Source of the DNA: Paraspadella gotoi
Lineage: Eukaryota; Animalia; Chaetognatha
Assembly: GCA_051294375.1 (NCBI GenBank)
Contig: CM119265.1
Span: forward strand, 25,676,767 to 25,740,766
Length of the DNA stretch: 64,000 bases
Direction: 5' to 3'
The notes beneath the pieces were generated by a model that was not told where the DNA came from, ran no database searches, and worked only from the letters and a program-made list of their open reading frames with translations. Shown piece by piece: positions 63,479-64,000 of the stretch. Each line of letters begins with the position of its first letter. The first letter of the stretch is position 1. Both the position numbers and the translations under genes were made by a program.

Positions 63479-64000
63479 AAGCGAATTTTTAAGGATATAA
63501 TCTGTTTTATTAAAAATTAAATACTATATACTATATCATTTATAAATATAATCATTTTGTTACAAATATCCTAATTTTTTTCAAACTCACCTCGTCTTTC
63601 GCGTTTTCTCTCACGTTTCATTTTCATGTTTTCTTTCCTAACTTGATACGAGTACCCGATTGGGCCCAAGTCGGTCGTCGACTCCGCTGCTGGTGCTACC
63701 GATGACCCCGCCAAGCTCGCTGCAAACCATTTTGATATCGACGGTGCGAATTTTTAAGAATATATTCTGTTTCATTTTTATTATATCATTTTTATTATAT
63801 CATTTATAAATATAATCATTTTGTTACAAATATCCTAATTTTTTTCAAACTCACCTCGTCTTTTGCGTTTTCTCTCACGTTTCATTTTCAACTTTTCTTT
63901 CCCAACTTGAAACGAGTACCCGGTTGGGCCCAAGTCGGTCGTCGACTCCGCCGCCGGTGCTGCCGATGACCCCGCCGAGCTCGCTGCCAACCTTTGCAAT
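63479..64000. repeat. Diverged tandem duplication, ~264-bp unit, each copy with a - strand GAG|GTGAGT donor
   Basis: aaactcacctcgtc at 63583 and 63847; gcgaatttttaag at 63481 and 63746. Confidence 0.9.

Overview
This is a draft-quality animal (invertebrate bilaterian-type) genomic window. It is AT-rich and dense in microsatellites, with many N gaps and stretches that look like error-prone long-read gap fill. Most of it (~14-56.4 kb, + strand) is one multi-exon netrin-receptor gene of the DCC/neogenin/frazzled/UNC-40 family: 4 Ig, 6 FN3, TM, then cytoplasmic P1, P2 and P3 motifs, reconstructed exon by exon from translation and GT-AG signals. Upstream are two tandem small GPI-type Ly6/three-finger genes. 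Downstream are an unidentified + strand gene and a - strand C-type lectin gene whose second CTLD appears to have an SRCR domain inserted into it. There is one initiator tRNA-Met gene inside a receptor intron and two degenerate copies. The most unusual signals are a 4-Cys insertion in Ig4, the SRCR-within-CTLD architecture, candidate micro-exons, and a consistent G-rich-start / C-rich-end intron polarity with local complementarity. Several duplications and the large palindrome are probably assembly artefacts. No database searches were run; family calls rest on remembered motifs.
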